64,000 bases of DNA from Utricularia gibba (lineage: Eukaryota > Plantae > Magnoliophyta), in NCBI GenBank assembly GCA_002189035.1, contig NEEC01000041.1:62001-126000 (forward strand), in the 5' to 3' direction. Under the pieces are notes generated by a model. The model ran no database searches and was not told the origin of the DNA. It saw nothing but the letters and a program-made list of their open reading frames with translations. The first letter of the stretch is position 1. Each line of letters begins with the position of its first letter. Of the stretch, positions 63,001-64,000 are shown one piece after another. The translations under genes were made by a program, and so were the position numbers.

Positions 63001-64000
63001 GCATGCAAGACATATGTATTTCATGGGACGATGTGAATATTTCGAGATGATCATTTAAGATGCCATGGGTGTGTCCCTAGCCACAACCTCATGGTGGCCT
63101 CGTGCACTCTTCGGTATCGAGTGGATATCTTGCAAATGGTGATGAGTCATGTTGCACATAGCATACCGTTTCGAAGCTCGTTCCGATCTTTCGTGTTGAG
63201 AACTTGTTCGTCCGAGGAGGCACAAATGCTCGAAAGATTGCCTTATATTAGCCTTGTGTGCAACGAAGTGGCCACCACGTTCGCGAATGCGACTCGTCGA
63301 TGCCTTGGTCTTCTTTCGGGTGTGTGCCAGAAACACATGTCACGCATACCGTTTCGAAGCTCGTTCCGAGCAGAACTTGTTCGTCCGATGCTCGATTGCC
63401 TTATATTAGCCTTAGATGTGCAACGAAGTGGCCACCACGTTCGCGACGATGCGACTCGGGACACCGACTCGATGCGAATGTGATTTTCATGCAAGACATC
63501 ATGGGACGATGTGCGAGATGATCATTTAAGATGCCATAGCCACAACCTCATGGACTCTTCGGTATCGAGTGGATATCTTGCGATGAGTCATGTTGCGCAT
63601 ACCGTTTCGAAGCTCGTTCCGAGAGAACTTGTTCGTCCGAGGAGGCACAAATGCTCGAAAGATTGCCTTATATTAGCCTTATGTTGGGTGTGCGACTCGT
63701 CGATGCCACAACCATCGATGTGTCCATAAGATGCCATAGCTCATGGACTATCGAGTGGATATCTTGCAAACGGTGATGAGTCATGTTGCACATAGCATAC
63801 CGTTTCGAAGCTCGTTCCGAGCCGGTTTCTTTCGTGAGAACTTGTTCGTCCGAGGAGGCACAAATGCTCGAAAGATTGCCTTATATTAGCCTCCGATGAA
63901 TCGAAGTGCCGAAAGATATGTTATACCTTCCACGATGTCGTTGCCATGCAACCGTCCGATGCCATGTGTGTCCCTAGCTCATGGTGGCCTCGTGCACTCT

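Larger units (their letters stand above)
1..64000 (+). repeat. Tandem satellite-type array, 346-347 bp monomer, about 185-195 head-to-tail copies, running off both window edges
   Basis: The landmark TGATCATTTAAGATGCCATGG starts at 3135, 3481 and 3828 (periods 346 and 347). Identical ORF starts recur at 10913/11260/11606/11952 and 32123/32469/32815/33161. The same motif order continues to the end of the window. I saw no reverse-orientation copy and no unrelated insertion. Confidence 0.99.

Noticed and set aside
445-63729. All ORFs in the supplied track (up to 192 aa)
   Set aside because: They are repeated translations of the same monomer in several overlapping frames on both strands. The period (346/347) is not a multiple of 3, 1-bp indels are tolerated freely, and the longest ORFs fall in degenerate patches where stops were lost. 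No recognisable domain.
1-64000. CRISPR array
   Set aside because: No short repeat alternating with unique spacers; the entire 346 bp unit repeats and no cas genes are present.
1-64000. Known viroid (Pospiviroidae) concatemer
   Set aside because: Size and rod-like symmetry fit, but I see no central conserved region (GGAUCCCCGGGGAAACC-type) or terminal conserved motifs, and the positional variant domains argue against copies of one template.
1-64000. Regular higher-order repeat of n monomers
   Set aside because: Spacing of the marker variants is irregular; only the local ~450 bp composite recurs.
1-64000. 5S rDNA, tRNA, telomeric repeat or intact transposon
   Set aside because: No 5S sequence, no cloverleaf with T-loop motif, no TTAGGG or TTTAGGG runs, no terminal repeats with target-site duplication and no transposase or RT ORF.

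Overview
The whole 64 kb window is one uninterrupted head-to-tail tandem array (satellite-type DNA) of a 346-347 bp monomer. There are roughly 185-195 copies (estimated from length/period, not counted), all in the same orientation; the reference copy 3481-3827 is 48.7% GC with 25 CpG by hand count. I find no credible protein-coding gene, RNA gene, transposon or CRISPR array: the supplied ORFs are the same few monomer-derived peptides, cut and re-joined by 1-bp indels. The length and head-to-tail layout resemble eukaryotic (e.g. plant) satellites, but I cannot assign a family or organism from the sequence. Structure beyond the simple repeat: (1) the monomer is a degenerate fold-back, with collinear inverted arms about one axis and a small hairpin at each pole, so it could fold into a rod; (2) diagnostic variants are confined to multi-kb sub-domains; (3) a distinct diverged partial unit of about 105 bp recurs at 34.7, 35.2 and probably 37.0 kb; (4) deletions recur at the same hairpin-forming spots. 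Many degenerate patches are deletion-rich mosaics of out-of-order monomer fragments, which looks like long-read or consensus error, so all fine-scale variation needs read-level validation.
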